A stretch of DNA of 64,000 nucleotides from the human T2T-CHM13v2.0 reference genome, Homo sapiens, in the NCBI RefSeq assembly GCF_009914755.1, contig NC_060935.1; one strand, given 5' to 3'. Of this stretch, positions 30,240 through 53,562 are shown one piece after another. The translations under genes and the position numbers were made by a program. The notes beneath the pieces were generated by a model. The model worked only from the letters and a program-made list of their open reading frames with translations. It made no database searches and had not been told where the DNA came from. How positions within the stretch are numbered: the first letter of the stretch is position 1; every line of letters starts with the position of its first letter.

Positions 30240-31110
30240 ATCCCCTCTGGCCAATCAGGTCTGAGGAGAACCCTCTTTGGGCTCACAGAAGCCTCGCCCC
30301 TCATGAATATGTAGATAGCACTGCCCACCGCGCGTACTGCCCCGCCCTCCACTCTTCTCCCTCGCAACCGACTCTCCCTTCAAACGGGAAACAAGATGGC
30401 GGCTGCAGGTCCGAGTACTCGGGCCTCTTCCGCGGCGGCAGCAGCCGCTCTGAGTCGGCGGGGCCGGCGGGGCCGCTGTGACGAGACGGCGGCAGCTAAG
30501 ACTGGGGCCCCAGGCCCGGCTTCTGGACCTTCGCTGTTGGTGTTGTCGCCGCCGTTGCTGCAGCCGCCGCTGCCGCCGCGGCCGGAGGAATCGGGCTGCG
30601 CCGGGTGCCTGGAGCCCCCCGGAGAAGCAGCGGCCCTGCCGTGCGGCCACTCGCTTTGCCGAGGCTGCGCCCAACGCGCCGCCGACGCGGCGGGCCCGGG
30701 TTGCCCTCGCTGCCGCGCCCGCGGCCCAGGCTGGGCCCGCCGTCGGGCCCGCGACGACGGCCAGGCCGACTCAGAGGTGCTGGGCGAGTGCGCCCGCCGC
30801 AGCCAACCCGAGCGCTGCCGCCCGCGCCGGGACGGGGGCGCGGCTGCCGCGGGGCCCAGGCCAGAGCAGGAGCCGCGTGCCGCGCCTGCGGAGCCAGGTG
30901 GAGCTTCCCCACTTCCCCTTAGGGTCTGGAGCGAGGCCGAGCGCGCCCCGGCCCGGCCTGGTGAGGGGGTGGAGAGTCCCGGGCCCTACTCGGGCGGGTG
31001 TGGAGAGTTCTCGTGGGATTAGAACCCGGGCTCTACCCAGGTGCAGTGTGTTTGTGAATTTTGAACTTCAGAGTGAAGGACAGGCACGTTGCATGCGGAG
31101 GGGCGGTGAG
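30240..31110 (+). promoter_or_regulatory. RNF169: RNF169 promoter and CpG island
   Basis: CCAAT box (ggccaatcag 30249-30258), GC box (ccccgccc 30340-30347), YY1/TISU-like CAAGATGGCGGC spanning the ATG, and dense CpG. Confidence 0.85.
30396..30897 (+). CDS. RNF169: RNF169 E3 ubiquitin ligase coding exon 1 (RING finger)
   Basis: MAAAGPSTRASSAAAAAALSRRGRRG...CAGC...PCGHSLCRGC...GCPRC (C3HC4 RING)...APAEP. The match to the recalled protein ends at a phase-1 donor CAG|gtggag (GT at 30898-30899). Exon 2 is not in the window. Confidence 0.95.
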
Positions 31111-32101
31111 GGCACCCTGTGCCTTACGTAAGTCCGAAGTTTGGAGGGAAACAGAATTGTTGGAACAAGTTAGGGGCAGGTTGGAATTGGTGTGTGGGAG
31201 TGGGAGGGGCCTTGGATCAGAGAAGTGCTTGGTTTAATGTTGGATGAAGAGTTTGGGGGTCATATTGCTTGGAGAGATGTGGCTCCTGGCCTTGAAAGGG
31301 TCAGTGAAGGGTGTGGAGAATCCGGAGTTTAGGGAACAGGTTGAATTTGAGGATGTGAAGGGAGCTTTTCAGACTCGAGAGCAGAGGGGGTTGGGAGCAC
31401 ACTTGTGCAGTTGTTTTCATACATTTTGGAAAATGTATGCTTAGCACAGAACTTGGCACATAGTGAGGAAGCAGTAAGTGACTGTCGTTTATATTTGTAA
31501 TACTAGTACTACTAAGTCCAGTAGTGCCTGACAGAAAAGCTGGCTTGGGTTTAAAAGTTTTGGAAACAAAGGTTGGGTGGCAGGGGCTGCTTCTATCTCC
31601 TTGGCAGTATGGGTTTCCTACTGGCTTGCTGGCAATTAAAAGTCTGTTGTAGGACTCTTGCCTTGAACTTCTTTCCCCTAACACCAGCAGCCTGCTATTC
31701 CTCGGTTCTGAGCTTTGAAATGCAAAGTGCCCTGTATAAAATAAGACTGTTATAACTTAGGATTCTTTTGGGGACACACCCAGTCAACATAACATCTGCA
31801 GCTCTGTTTGATAAAAAATGCTTACCTAGAATGAGATTTTCAAGAAACATAAATCACGAAAGGCCAGATATTTGTACCTTCTGTTTTGGGAATTCTGCCA
31901 TGTGTTTTTTTGGGTAAGGAAAGAGAGGCATTGCTTGTGTATACAAGTGCAGCTTCTAGAAACCACAGGTTCTAGAATGCACTCTGTTTTGATTCAAGCC
32001 GCCAGAGACACCTGTCACTGTCCTAGGATATTGGGCTATTTTATTCCTGGGGTTGAGGGGGACCTGCATCTTACTTTCTATGTTCCTTGTCACTCCCCTC
32101 A

Positions 32102-32103
<2 letters not shown>

Positions 32104-32132
<29 letters not shown>

Positions 32133-32686
32133 GAGATGGAGTCTCGCACTGTCGCCCGGGCTGGAGTGTAATGGTGCGATCTCCACTCACTGCAGCCTCT
32201 GTGCACCACCCCTTCAGGTTCAAGCGATTCTCCTGCCGCAGCCTCCCGAGTAGCTGGGATTACAGGCGCCCACCACCACGCCCGGCTTTTTTGTATTTTT
32301 AGTACAGATGAGGTTTCACTGTGTTGGCCAGGCTGGTCTTGAACTCCTGACCTTGTGATCCGCCCGCCTTGGCCTCCCAAGGTTTTTTTTTTTTTTTTTT
32401 TTTTTTTGAGACTGAGTCTCACTCTGTCTCCCAGGCTGGAGTGCAGTGGCCAATCTCTCAGCTGACTGCAACCTCTGCCTCCCAGGTTCAAGCGATTCTC
32501 CTGCCTCCGCCCAGTAGCTGGGACCACAGGCACGCGCCACCACACCCTGCTAATTTTTGTAATTTTAGTAGAGACGGGGTTTCGCCATGTTGGCCAGACT
32601 GGTTTCGAACCCCTGGCGTCAAGTGATCCGCCCACCTCTGCCTCCTGAAGTGTTGGGATTACAGGCGTGAGCCACTGTGCTCAGCC
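32104..32686 (-). mobile_element. Two tandem antisense AluS (the first is 5'-truncated at about 32380)
   Basis: Two poly-T tracts, each followed by an Alu body. Confidence 0.9.
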
Positions 32687-33467
32687 CTCGTTATTCCTTT
32701 TAAGCTTCACAACATCCCTATGAGATAAGTACTTTTATTTCCATTTTATAGATGAAACTGAGGTCCAGAGAGGTTAACTAACTTGCCTAAGGATGAAAAC
32801 CCGATTCTATCCTATTCCTGCTCAAATCAGGGATGAAACGTCTTTAATTTTGTGGATGTGGTGTGATGGTTTCATATGCTACTTAATTTGCTTTATAGTC
32901 TGAGATTATGGTCACGATATAAGACAGTATTTCTCTGGTCTCCCTATTAGTACTACTGATTATATGGCCACATAGGATAGAAATTTTCATTTTGATTTCT
33001 AAGCTTGGAGACTGTTGTGAAATACCAGTTCTGAATTTGAACCATGAGAGGAAGTTTGGCTTGATGATTTGTGCAAACTTTTTCCCTTGAAGATGTTTTT
33101 GTCATAAAATTTATCAGTGATTAAGGGAAATTATCTAAAATGAGATTTCAAATTAGAATCTATTGAGTCACTTAGTATTCATTAATTACTTTATATGTTT
33201 ATATGAGGACCAAAATGAAAAATGGTTTTCTTAAATGTTCTTGTTGTTGGATTGTTTTGTATATACAGTTATGTGCTTATTCAGTTGAAAAATTTTAGAA
33301 TACAAAAATATTGCCAAAAGGCTTAGGAAGTATCTCTTAGCTTCAGTGGGTTGTCTGATCCTCTTGTAGTTATATACAGTATTTTTAAATTAAAATTTTT
33401 AATAGGCAGTGCATTCACAGGATTCAAACAAAAATGTAACAAAGTATACAATGAAAAGATTCCCTTT

Positions 33468-34161
<694 letters not shown>

Positions 34162-34469
34162 CTATCTACATGAAAATTCAAGTATGCTTATTTTTTGCCA
34201 TTTTTATACAAAAGGTTGTACATTATACACACTGTTCTGTAACTTGCTTTTTTTTTGGTTTAAGAATACATCATCAAAGTCCACAGCAGTATGTTGTATG
34301 GAATTTTACTGAGTGGATATAGCATAATTAACCACCTATTGGTGGACATTTTGATTGTTTCCTGTCTTTTGCTATTATAAATAATTGTTTATAAAATCAT
34401 TATGTAAATGCATGTGTGCATTTTTATGGAGAAGTCACCAGTAGCTTTCACCAGAATCTGAACCATTGT

Positions 34470-34834
<365 letters not shown>

Positions 34835-35017
34835 TGAGGCCCAGAACAGATAAGAGAGTAAGAGTTTACATGAGTTGATAGTAGATGAAAAAGGGTCAAC
34901 AGAAACAGCCTAATTCACAGTGAAATGTTCATAATAGCTTTAATAAGGAAAACTAATAATACCAGTTTTATAAATATTTACATTGTGCTTTTATGAGTGG
35001 AAACAGCAACAGGATTA

Positions 35018-35097
35018 CTAGGTTGGCACAAAAGTAATTATGGTTTTTGCCATAACTTTCAATGGCAAAAACAGCAATTACTTTTGTACCAGCCTAA
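35018..35097. mobile_element. MADE1 MITE (Hsmar1-derived)
   Basis: 80-bp palindrome ctaggttggcacaaaagtaatt...aattacttttgtaccagcctaa flanked by TA target duplications (35016-35017 and 35098-35099). Confidence 0.92.
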
Positions 35098-36056
35098 TAG
35101 CAATTTTAGTAATATTCAGAGATATATTGCTTAGTTGTATTCTCATCACATAGTTGGATCAATTGATAAAGGAAACATCAGGCCTGCTGGAAATGAAATT
35201 TTGTAGTAAATGCACTGGTATTTAAGTGACGTTCTTAATTTTTTTTTTATTTTGTTGAAGTCCAGTGCCTCTTTAGGAATTGCTTTGTGGAAAAAGTGTA
35301 AAGAGTTTGTGTTTTCTTGAAAATTTTGGTTGCACTGGTGACATTTTTGTTCTTTGCCTGCTTTTTTGGCAAGCTTTAAGGTTCAGAACCTTAATGACCC
35401 CTGTGTACATGTTTTATTTAATTCTTTTATGCATTCACGGTTTGCTTTTGGATATAGTATCAGTTTTTGTTGATTTGTGAAACTGTGTGTGTAAAGGCTA
35501 CATCAGTGATCATTTCAAAATGAACTCAGAGTTCAACTTCATATTCTTTGAGGATCTGCAACTCGTATATATTGACATATTAAATATTTGGACCATTTTG
35601 AGCAATATTCAGGAATTATGTAATATGTGTCTACTCTGTGCCAGGTCTTTGGGAAACATTAGTGAATGAAATATTAAAGATCTCTCTCTCTCATGGAGCT
35701 TATATTCTAAATTTAGAGACATTCCTTATCTGTTGATTTAAAAAACATACTTACCATACAGGCTTACATAGGTAGATTTTGAACTATACATTGCAGCCAC
35801 ACTTAAGCATCATTTAAAAATGATTAATGAATTTTAAGAATTCATTTAGTCTGTTTGAAATCAAGGATGGTTATTCCAAATCATACTGCTTTTAGATTTG
35901 AAACCGAGACCTTTTTACTTTTTAGGATTCTTTTTCTTCGGCTATGGGTAATGACTGAAGAAAAGCTAGACAAAGGCTGGTGAATCTTTTAAATTGGCAG
36001 TTTAAATTTTTTTATCTTCGTGGTGTTAAAAGTGCTTTTCAGAAATTGAATAGATA

Positions 36057-36355
36057 GGCCAGGCGCGGTGGCTCACATCTGTAATCCCAGCACTTTGAGA
36101 AGCAGAGGTGGGCGGATCAGTTGTGGCCAGGAGTTTGAGACCAGCCTGGCCAACATGGGGAAACCCTGTCTTTACTAAAAACACAAGAATTAGCCGGACG
36201 TGGTGGTGCACGCTTATAGTCCCAGCTACCGGGAGGCTGAGGCAGGAGATTCGCTTCAACCCGGGAGGTAGAGGTTGCAGTGAGCCGAGATTGCGCCACT
36301 GCACTCCAGTCTGGGCGACAGAGCGAGACTCTCTCTGAAAAACAAATAAACAAAA
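36057..36355 (+). mobile_element. AluS
   Basis: Alu dimer; TSD aaattgaatagata. Confidence 0.88.
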
Positions 36356-38514
36356 CACGAAAATTGAATAGATAAACAATTGAATAGTGCCTTACTTATC
36401 CCTTCTCATCCCATCTCAACTTCCCTGTTCACTTAGGGTTAACATTTCTGCATTTAAAAAATTTCCCCTTTCTGTGAAAAGCAAGTAGTTCTGGTTTATT
36501 ACTCAGTTGACAGACAATGTTTGCTATGTGTGCAGCCTAAATTACATTTAGGACTAATGAATAATGAAACCATGTGATTGTAGTGCAAGAGGACAGGAAT
36601 TCCCTAGTCTGTAAGGATTTGTTTAAAATATGTAAAATGACTCATTTCTTTATCCTTAATGACACATATCCGAGAATTTGAGAGTGTCCTTATGTGTTAT
36701 ACCAATACAGGAAACATTTGCCTTGTGCTAAGATGTTTTTTAAAGCTCTTGATGAGATTACATGCACTCTACCAACTAAACAGTAATTACTATTGAAGAA
36801 TAGCTCCAATGTATGAATTCAGAATTGAACAGCAGGAATTTAGGAGGTATTTGTTTATTCATATTTTCACTCCCTGTCTTCTAGTTAATCCTGAAAGAGT
36901 TGCCTACCTTGAATTAATTTGTATCTGAGTTGGCTTGAGTATATGATGTAGGATATGTTTGTTAAATTTCATTCCACTAATTCAGTGAGCATTTTGAGGG
37001 GCACACATTGTGCAAGATGATGCAATAAAAAAAGATGAATAAGACATGGTACCTTTTCTTTAAGACTCCACAGTGTGGTTGGGGAAACACATACTCAAAT
37101 AACAATACAACGTGTTAAGTGAGGTAAACAGACAATGCTAACAGAGTAGAGGAATGGGCTGACTGACAATTTGCAGGAAGCCTGAGGAAGGCATTTGAAT
37201 TGTATGTTGAAGAAAGAGTAGGAATTCACCAGATGAGGAAGGAGGGGATGTCCATTCCAGGTAGAAGAGCCTGCATGTAGAAAGGCTTGAAGGTGCTTGG
37301 GATGTTCAGGGACTGGCAAAAAGCTAAATATAGGTGGAGTGTGGACTGGAGTGGGGAAGTAGAGAAGAGACTGAAGTTAGATCATGAAGGCCATTGTGTA
37401 TTAGGGTAAAAGAATTTTGGACTTTATCCTATAAAGCTCTTAAAGATTTTTAAGTGGTGGAATAACATAATCATACTGTGCTTTAGAAAGACAATATATA
37501 TTGGTTGGAAGAGGAAAGATGTGAGTAGAAACTGGAGGTGGGGAGTCGTTAGGGGACTGTTTTAGTAGTTCAGGCAAGCGACGAAGAGGGCCTGGACTAA
37601 AGCATTGGCTGTGGCAGTGTTAACTTCAGTCATTCATTAATTTAGTAACCATTTGAGGGTCTTCTGTGTGCTAGGTCTAGGCACTAGAGCTGCAAATAGA
37701 GGTAAAGCATGGTTCTGTCCCAAAGTGTAGTTGGGAAGATTGGGATGTAAATATGCAACTGAAATGTGGTATTATAAGTATTATAATAGCTGTTATGCAA
37801 GATATAATTGTAGAAGGCAGTATAGTATATATTAATAGAGCAGGCTAATAGAGGAAAACCTGGAGACAGACTACCTGGGTTCAAATTCTAGCTTTGCTAT
37901 TTATAGCTGTATGTTATTGGATACTCTCTGTGTCTTAGTTTCTTCATTTGGAAAATGGGAATAGTAATAGTATTAAAATCATAAGGTTGTTGTTAAAGAC
38001 TAAATGAATTATTACAATGCTTGGTATATGAAGAGCTAGGTCAACAAATGTAAGGTATTTTCACAAAGAAGATAATCTAGTTTGGATGGGTCAGGAATGG
38101 CTTCAGTGAATGCCAGACATTTGACCATCAGTATTCATTAGGTGGATGAGGTCAGAATAAAGATGAGAGAGGGAAATAGTACATTTAAAGGCATAGGAAC
38201 ATGAAACAAGGAGCGTTCTAGGGATTGTAAACAGAAGTGGTTAGAGTATAGAGTGCATGTGGGAGAGTGGAAGCATGTGGGACTGCAGAAATTGGCAGTT
38301 GCTGAATAATAGTGGACTTTGAGTGCCATGCTAAGGAATGAGGATCCACTGAGGAGTTTCAAAGAGGAATTCATCTTTGAACTTTAGAGAGATCACTCCC
38401 ATGGGAGTGTTGTAGCAAATAGATTGGAGAGCCCAAATTCTCTTTTTAGCAAGATGGCTAAAACTGACACAAATACTCAGAAAAACTGCATAATAAAGAA
38501 CGGCAATTCTTTTA

Positions 38515-44146
<5,632 letters not shown>

Positions 44147-44160
44147 CGACAATTCTTTTA

Positions 44161-44364
44161 AATGCATCTTTGAATATACAGGAAAGATAGGAAAATCTCC
44201 AGTTTCCAAAAACAAAAATGGAACTACAAACCAAAACTGTAAGCCCAAAAGCTGCATAATAAAGAATGACAGTTCTTTTAAATGCATTCTTGAATATACA
44301 GGAAAGATAGGAAAATCTCGTTTCCAAAAACAAAAATGGAACTACCGACCAAAACTGTAAGCCC
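44161..44364 (+). repeat. About 120-bp tandem duplication; unit 1 split by the L1
   Basis: Unit 1 = 38481-38514 + 44161-44246; unit 2 = 44247-44364; near-identical sequence. Confidence 0.9.
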
Positions 44365-45769
44365 TTGAACCTATGCTGTATTGCCCTGGAGCAGAGTGAG
44401 GAGTGTAGAGATGGGTTATTTCAGGTGTTCTCTTCCTAGCAGGTTGAGTTTTACCATATGCAAAAAGGAATCAGAACTAAGATTTCTGCATAAAGTTGAG
44501 ATTTTTGATGTGCTGCACTCTAGGTGAAAGGGTGGGCTAGAAAAAGAAAATCTTCCCTATTACACAAGGAGACGACAAGAAATCTTGTCTTGATTTGCTT
44601 GAGCTCTATGCAAAGAGAAAATGAAAAAAGTTTGCCTGAGAAATTGAAGCACAAGATCTATACTTTGCTTACATTTGGGAACTGGGTTTATATTATATGG
44701 CTCAGAAATTAATATACAAACAGGCTTCAAGCTAGTGAGACAGGAAAAGACTCTGAGAGGTACGTCCATACCTTAGACCTCAAGGGATTCTTACAGAAGA
44801 AATAAGCCCAACTGAAGATGAATTTATGATTAAAAATGACACATGAGGAAATGGCTTTGTACCACAAACGAGAGTCAGCAGATAGAACAAGCAGGAGGAT
44901 TATAGCTCCAAGAACTCGGATAAGAGAGTGACAATTTGAGAGAGAATTTAAATTAGCATATTTTAAGTGGCTAAAGACTTTAAAGAATTGACATCCCAAG
45001 AAATGAATAAAGCATTATGAAACACACACATTTGAAAAAGAATGAAACATAATGAAAAATGTCATTGAGGTTAAAAATCTCAGTAAATAAGTTAAACAAT
45101 AGTTTACACAGATGAAGAGAGATTAGCAAGGTGGGACATAGACATGAGGAAATTCTCAAGAATACAAATAAAGCAAAATATGAAAGAAGGTGAAGAAAAA
45201 GGAAAAGGACAAATCAAGAAGATCCAACATGTAATGGTACTTCCAGGAGAAAAAAAAATGTGGAGGAGATGTGGAATTTGAAGAGAAGATGACTTGAGAA
45301 TTTTTTAGAATTAGTAAAAAGTCCTGAATCCTTAGGTTCGAGGCTCATGAGGCCCTAGCAAGAGGTTTTTTGTTTTTGTTTTGAGACGAGGTCTTGCTCT
45401 GTAGCTCAGGCTTGAGTACAATGGTGTGATCATAGCTTGCTGCAGCCTTGACCTCCCAGGCTCAAGTGATCCTCCCACCTTGGCCTCCCAAAGTGTTGGC
45501 ATTACAAGCGTGAGCCACTGCACCTGGTACCTAGCAAGAATTAACAACAGAAAAGCAGCAACAAAACCACAACTAAACACATTGCAGTGGAACTTCAGAA
45601 CACCAAAGACTATTAAGTATAACCAAAAATGAAAGACAGAGGAGCAATAATCAGACTGAGAGCATATATCTTTTAACCTACAAGAGAGACCAGAAGAAAA
45701 CTGAATAATTTCTTCAGCCTTGAGAGAGATCTGAATTTCATACTCAGGTGAGTTATTCAAGAGTAAGGG

Positions 45770-46049
45770 CGCTGGGTGCGGTAGCGCACGCCTATAGTCC
45801 CAGCACTTTGGGAGGCCGAGGTGGGCGGATCGCTCAAGGTCAGGAGTTCAAGACCAGCCTGACTAACATGTTGAAACCCTGTCTCTACTAAATACAAAAA
45901 ATTAGCCGGGTGTGGTGGCGCATGCCTGTAATCATTGGGAGTCTGAGGCAGGAGAATCGCTGAACCCAGGAGGCGGTGAGCCAAAATCCTACCATTGCAC
46001 TCCAGCTTGGGCAACCATGAGCAAAACTCCATCTCAAAAGAAGAAAAAA
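45770..46049 (+). mobile_element. AluSp/Sq-like
   Basis: Alu dimer with small deletions. Confidence 0.8.
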
Positions 46050-47036
46050 GTAAGGGCAAAAATAAAAATATTTTCAGACAGGAAAAAGAGAATTTACCAC
46101 AGTGTTTCTAAAAGAACTTATTATAAACCTAAAGCATATAGTGCAGGAAGAAAGAAATGTAACTTAGGGGAGAAAGTAGGATATAAGAAGTTGTGATGAA
46201 GAAAGAAGTCAGTAGGTAGACTAAGCCAGTGTTGACTGTATAAAACAAAATAATTATCACTGATTTGTAGGGGCTAAAACCAAGGTAAAACTAAAATACT
46301 AGGCAAAGATAAAATGTAAGCGGGGAGAAAAGTGATTCTCATTACAGATTTCTAAAGTTCTGTCTATACGTAACGTAGTTCAATAGGAAGACAGAGATAT
46401 TGATCAACTTTAGGCTTTAAGTCAGATGCACATTAAACATTTACAGGTAGACTGGACACGGTGGTTCATGCCTAATCTTAGCACTTTGGGAGGCCGAGGT
46501 GGGAGGATCATTTGAGTCCAGGAGTTCGAGATCAGCCTGGGCAAAAAAATGAGACCCTGTCTCTACTAAAAATCAAGTTAGCCAGATGTGGTGGTGTGCG
46601 CCTGTGGTCCCAGCAATACAGGAGGCTGAGGCAGGAGGACTGCTTGAGCCCAGGAGGTCAAGACTGCAGTAAGCTGTGTTCGTGCCACTGTACTCCAACC
46701 TAGGTGACAGAGCGAGATCCTGTCTCAACGAATGGGGTTAATCCTGAAAAGAAATACAATATATAACTTGATCTCTACACATATGTAGAACCATACACTT
46801 AAATTAGAGAACATGCATCCTTTTTAAACTAATATGCAACATTTACGTAATTTTCCTAGATTCATTTAGGCACAAAGGAAGTTTCGACAAATATGAAAGA
46901 TATATAAGATATCTTATCTGACCGTAGTATAATAAAATTAGAAATTAATAGTGAAAATATAACCAATTCCCCCTCCAATCCATGTTTGGAAATTGAAAAA
47001 AACAAAATTTAAATAACGTGGGTAAAGAACAAAACC

Positions 47037-47372
<336 letters not shown>

Positions 47373-48919
47373 TCAACTGAAGAAGTTAAAAAAAGTAACA
47401 GCAGATTAACCCCAAAAGAAGTAGAAGATAGGAAAGAATAAAGAGCAGAAATTAATGGAATAGAAAACAAAAGAATTAGCAAGGCCAAAATCTAATTCAT
47501 TGAAAAGATTAAGATCTATAACCCTAACCTCTGGCAAGATTGATCAAAGAAAAGGCATAAATATTAGGAATGAAAAAATACAACTATAGATATAATGAAG
47601 ATTTAAAAAAACCTATAAATATAGAATATGGAAAACTTTCTGCCCATGAATTTGAAAAATTGGATAAAATAGTTTTGTGGAAAAGTGTAACATGGCAGCT
47701 GACTCAAGAATAAATAGAAAGTATGACTAGAAATGTAACTAATTAGCAAAGAGTAAAATCTCCCCACAAAGCAATACCACCGCGTGGACACAATGAGCAA
47801 AATGCAGAATATGGGAAAACTGTGGGACAAATGGCCTACTTTCTTCCACAAATAAATTAGGAAAAAAGCAACAGAGGGGTGATTCATGGATTAAAAGATA
47901 CAATCAGTTTAAGTGTATGAACTTACTTGGATCCTGATTTGAAAAAACTGTATGAAAACATTTGATGAGAATTTGAATGCCGGCTGGATATTTGTTGGTA
48001 TTAAAGACTTATATTTTTAGTGTGACAATAGTTTTCTGGTTATATATTTTAAAATAATCCTTCTCTTAGATGTTAAAAATATTTATAGCTAAGATGATAT
48101 GATGCCTGGGATTTGCTTCAAAATAACTTCAAATTTGTTCCAGGAGATAGGGAGCAGGTATTGATTAGGGGAGGATAGAAAATAAGATTGCTAATGATTG
48201 ATTGCTGAAGCTGGATGATCTGTGGTAGTTCATTATACTGGTTTCTCTAATAATATATTTGAAACTTTTCCATAAAAAAAGCAAGAAGAAATTCTGTCCA
48301 TTGAAGAAGTACCAGGCACAGATGGTTTTATGGGTTACCCAAATATTGAAGGATGGATGGTTCCAGGGAATAAATAAAACGTTTCCAGACTTGTTTTGGG
48401 GGCTTTTACAACTTGATAACAAAATCACACAAGTTAACAAAATCACACAAGAACTGTATGAGAAAGGAAAAGTACAGGCCACTCTCATGAACACAGATTT
48501 TTATTTTTTGTCTTTTTATTTCTTCTTTTCTATTTTTTGTGGAGATGGGGATCTCACTGTATTGCCCAGGCTGGTCTTAACTTCTGACCTCAAGCAATTC
48601 TCCTGCCTCTGCTTCCCAAAGTGCTGGGATTACAGGCATGAATCACCACACCTGGCATGAACACAGATTTTTAAAATCTCAGGTGAAACACAGACTGAAT
48701 CGAGTAGTATATTTTTAAAAAATCACAACCAAGTAGCAGTTATTCAAAGAATAGGAGTTTGGCTTAACATTAGGAATCTAATGTAGTTCCCCATATTAAT
48801 AAACTAAAGGAGAGTAAAACTATATGGTCATTGCAATAGATGGCTTAAAAAAGCATTTGACAAAATTTATCATTTATTATTTAAAAAAAACTAGAACATG
48901 TGGAATAGGAGAAAGTTTC

Positions 48920-49495
<576 letters not shown>

Positions 49496-49842
49496 CACTG
49501 TCTTTGCTTTTTAAGTGGAATTTATCAATAAGGATGATTAGTGGCCAAGAATAGTCAAGACCATTTTGAAGAACACGATGGGTGGATTTGCTTTCTCAAA
49601 TATCAAGCTGTTTAAAGCCATGTTAATTAAGACAGTGAAGTATTGGTATCAGGGTGGTTGAATAATTAATGTTAAAATTAAAGAGCATAGAAACATGCCC
49701 TCATATATTTAAATTTGGTGGATAATGAGTGGCCATTACAAATCACTAGGGTAAAGGTGTCATTTTTACTTTTCATGGGTGGTTAGCTAACCTTAGAGAA
49801 AAAAATAGATCTTTAGCACCATATGCAAAAAATTATTTGTAG

Positions 49843-50570
<728 letters not shown>

Positions 50571-51490
50571 CACACCAGAAACAGAAAAAGAGATTAAGTA
50601 AGAAGACCAACCAGAGGCTGGGAGAAGATAGTTGCAGTGAAGTAACTGACAAAAGATTGATATCCAACATATATGAACTACAAATCATTATGATGACAGA
50701 TAGCTTATTAGAAAAATGGTGAGAAGATTTGAATAGGCATTTCATAGAAGAAGGAAACTGAAAGTCTGGTAAACATCTAGAATGATACGCAACAGCATTA
50801 GCAATCAGGGAAATGCAAATTAAACCAGTGATATGCCATCAGACTGCTATAATTTGTAATTGATTAATTATAAATAATGAGCACCTATATACTGCTGGAG
50901 GAGTATAAGTTGCCATACAACCACGTTGGAGAGCAGTTTGGCCATATCTAGTAAGGTTGAAGAGATAGATTCCTTGCTATGCAGAGATTCCATTAATAGG
51001 TGTGTGCCATAGTGAAACTCCTGTGTACATATGCACACACACAATGATGCTCACATTACAGCACTGTAGTACTAGAAAATGTAGTAACAGTTGTCTTTGA
51101 TAGGAGAAGGGATAAATTAGTTTCTACAGCTGTTAGAATGAATGAACTGGGTATATATCAACATGGATAAATCTGGAAAAAATACTTGCAAAAGGAAAAG
51201 TTGCAAAAGAATATGTATCCTTTGATGCCATTTATATAAGTAAAAGTACGGAAGATAGGAGTCATTTCAATAGCTTGAGTGAGAAATGAAGAAACAATCA
51301 GCCAATGTAGACTCTACTCTCCTTGTACCCCCCAACAAGGTCTCCCTCTGACATCCAGGCTGGAGTTCAGTGATGAAATCATGGCACATTACAGCCTCTA
51401 CTTTTCAGGCTGAAGCGATCCTCCCACCTCCAAAGTAACTGGGACTACAGGCATGTGCCACCGTGCCCAACTAATTTTTTGTATTTTTAG

Positions 51491-51610
<120 letters not shown>

Positions 51611-52201
51611 TAGACTACTGTTTCACAGTTTGATAATGAAAGGAAGGAAATAGAGTGCATGAAAAAGGGAAAGTACAATTGTAAGAACCAAGAGCAGAAC
51701 AGATTTTACTCAGAATTTGAGTTCAGGGTACTCTTGGAGAGCCCATTCCTGGGCCTTGGGCAGAACTTGAGAGTCTAAGCGATAGCCATCGTATTTCTTT
51801 TTTGATGTATACTGCAGGAACAGTAAGCTGCCAGTTTGCTTATAAATTGCCACTAGCTTTTCAAGGGGCTGGAAATATTTATCTCATCTTGGTAGAAAGC
51901 AGGTTATGGATATAAGAATTATAATTCATAGGAGAAGGTAGAGGCCAGGCTTAGTATTACTGAGGCCATTTGTTCATTTTAGCTGTAGATATGAAAGATA
52001 TCCCCCAAACTGTTAAATTGTGGGGATACATGGTTACTGACATCTAAACATATCTACCAGTAGCTCGCTATTTTTTTCAAAATAATGGCTCGCAGTTCCT
52101 CCACGAATAATGTACATGAGTATGTTTATTTCCTGTGTTACACAGTACTTGGCATACGTTTAGCCTCTTGGCTAGTGTGTTTTCATTAGATAAATGACTA
52201 G

Positions 52202-52625
<424 letters not shown>

Positions 52626-52786
52626 TCCATGTGCATTTTTGATACTTAGTCATACTAACATTAAGGTTACTGGTTGGGGAAATACTAGTTGTAGTAATTT
52701 TTTTTGCCATCACTTAAAGTAGATTTGGGCTAGTTTTATATAGTCTTGGACTTGGCTTGCTTTTGAGTCTTTGGCTCTGTCTACTA

Positions 52787-53562
<776 letters not shown>

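Noticed and set aside
30898-31022. Tail of the 208-aa RNF169 ORF as a stand-alone protein
   Set aside because: Read-through past the donor into intron 1; only relevant under alternative donor use
30478-31131. 217-aa alternative-frame ORF and antisense ORFs over RNF169 exon 1
   Set aside because: GTG start, Arg/Ala/Pro-rich; typical CpG-island shadow ORFs
32099-32635. 178-aa ORF and the many similar Alu-frame ORFs in the track
   Set aside because: Standard Alu translations with poly-K or poly-F from tails
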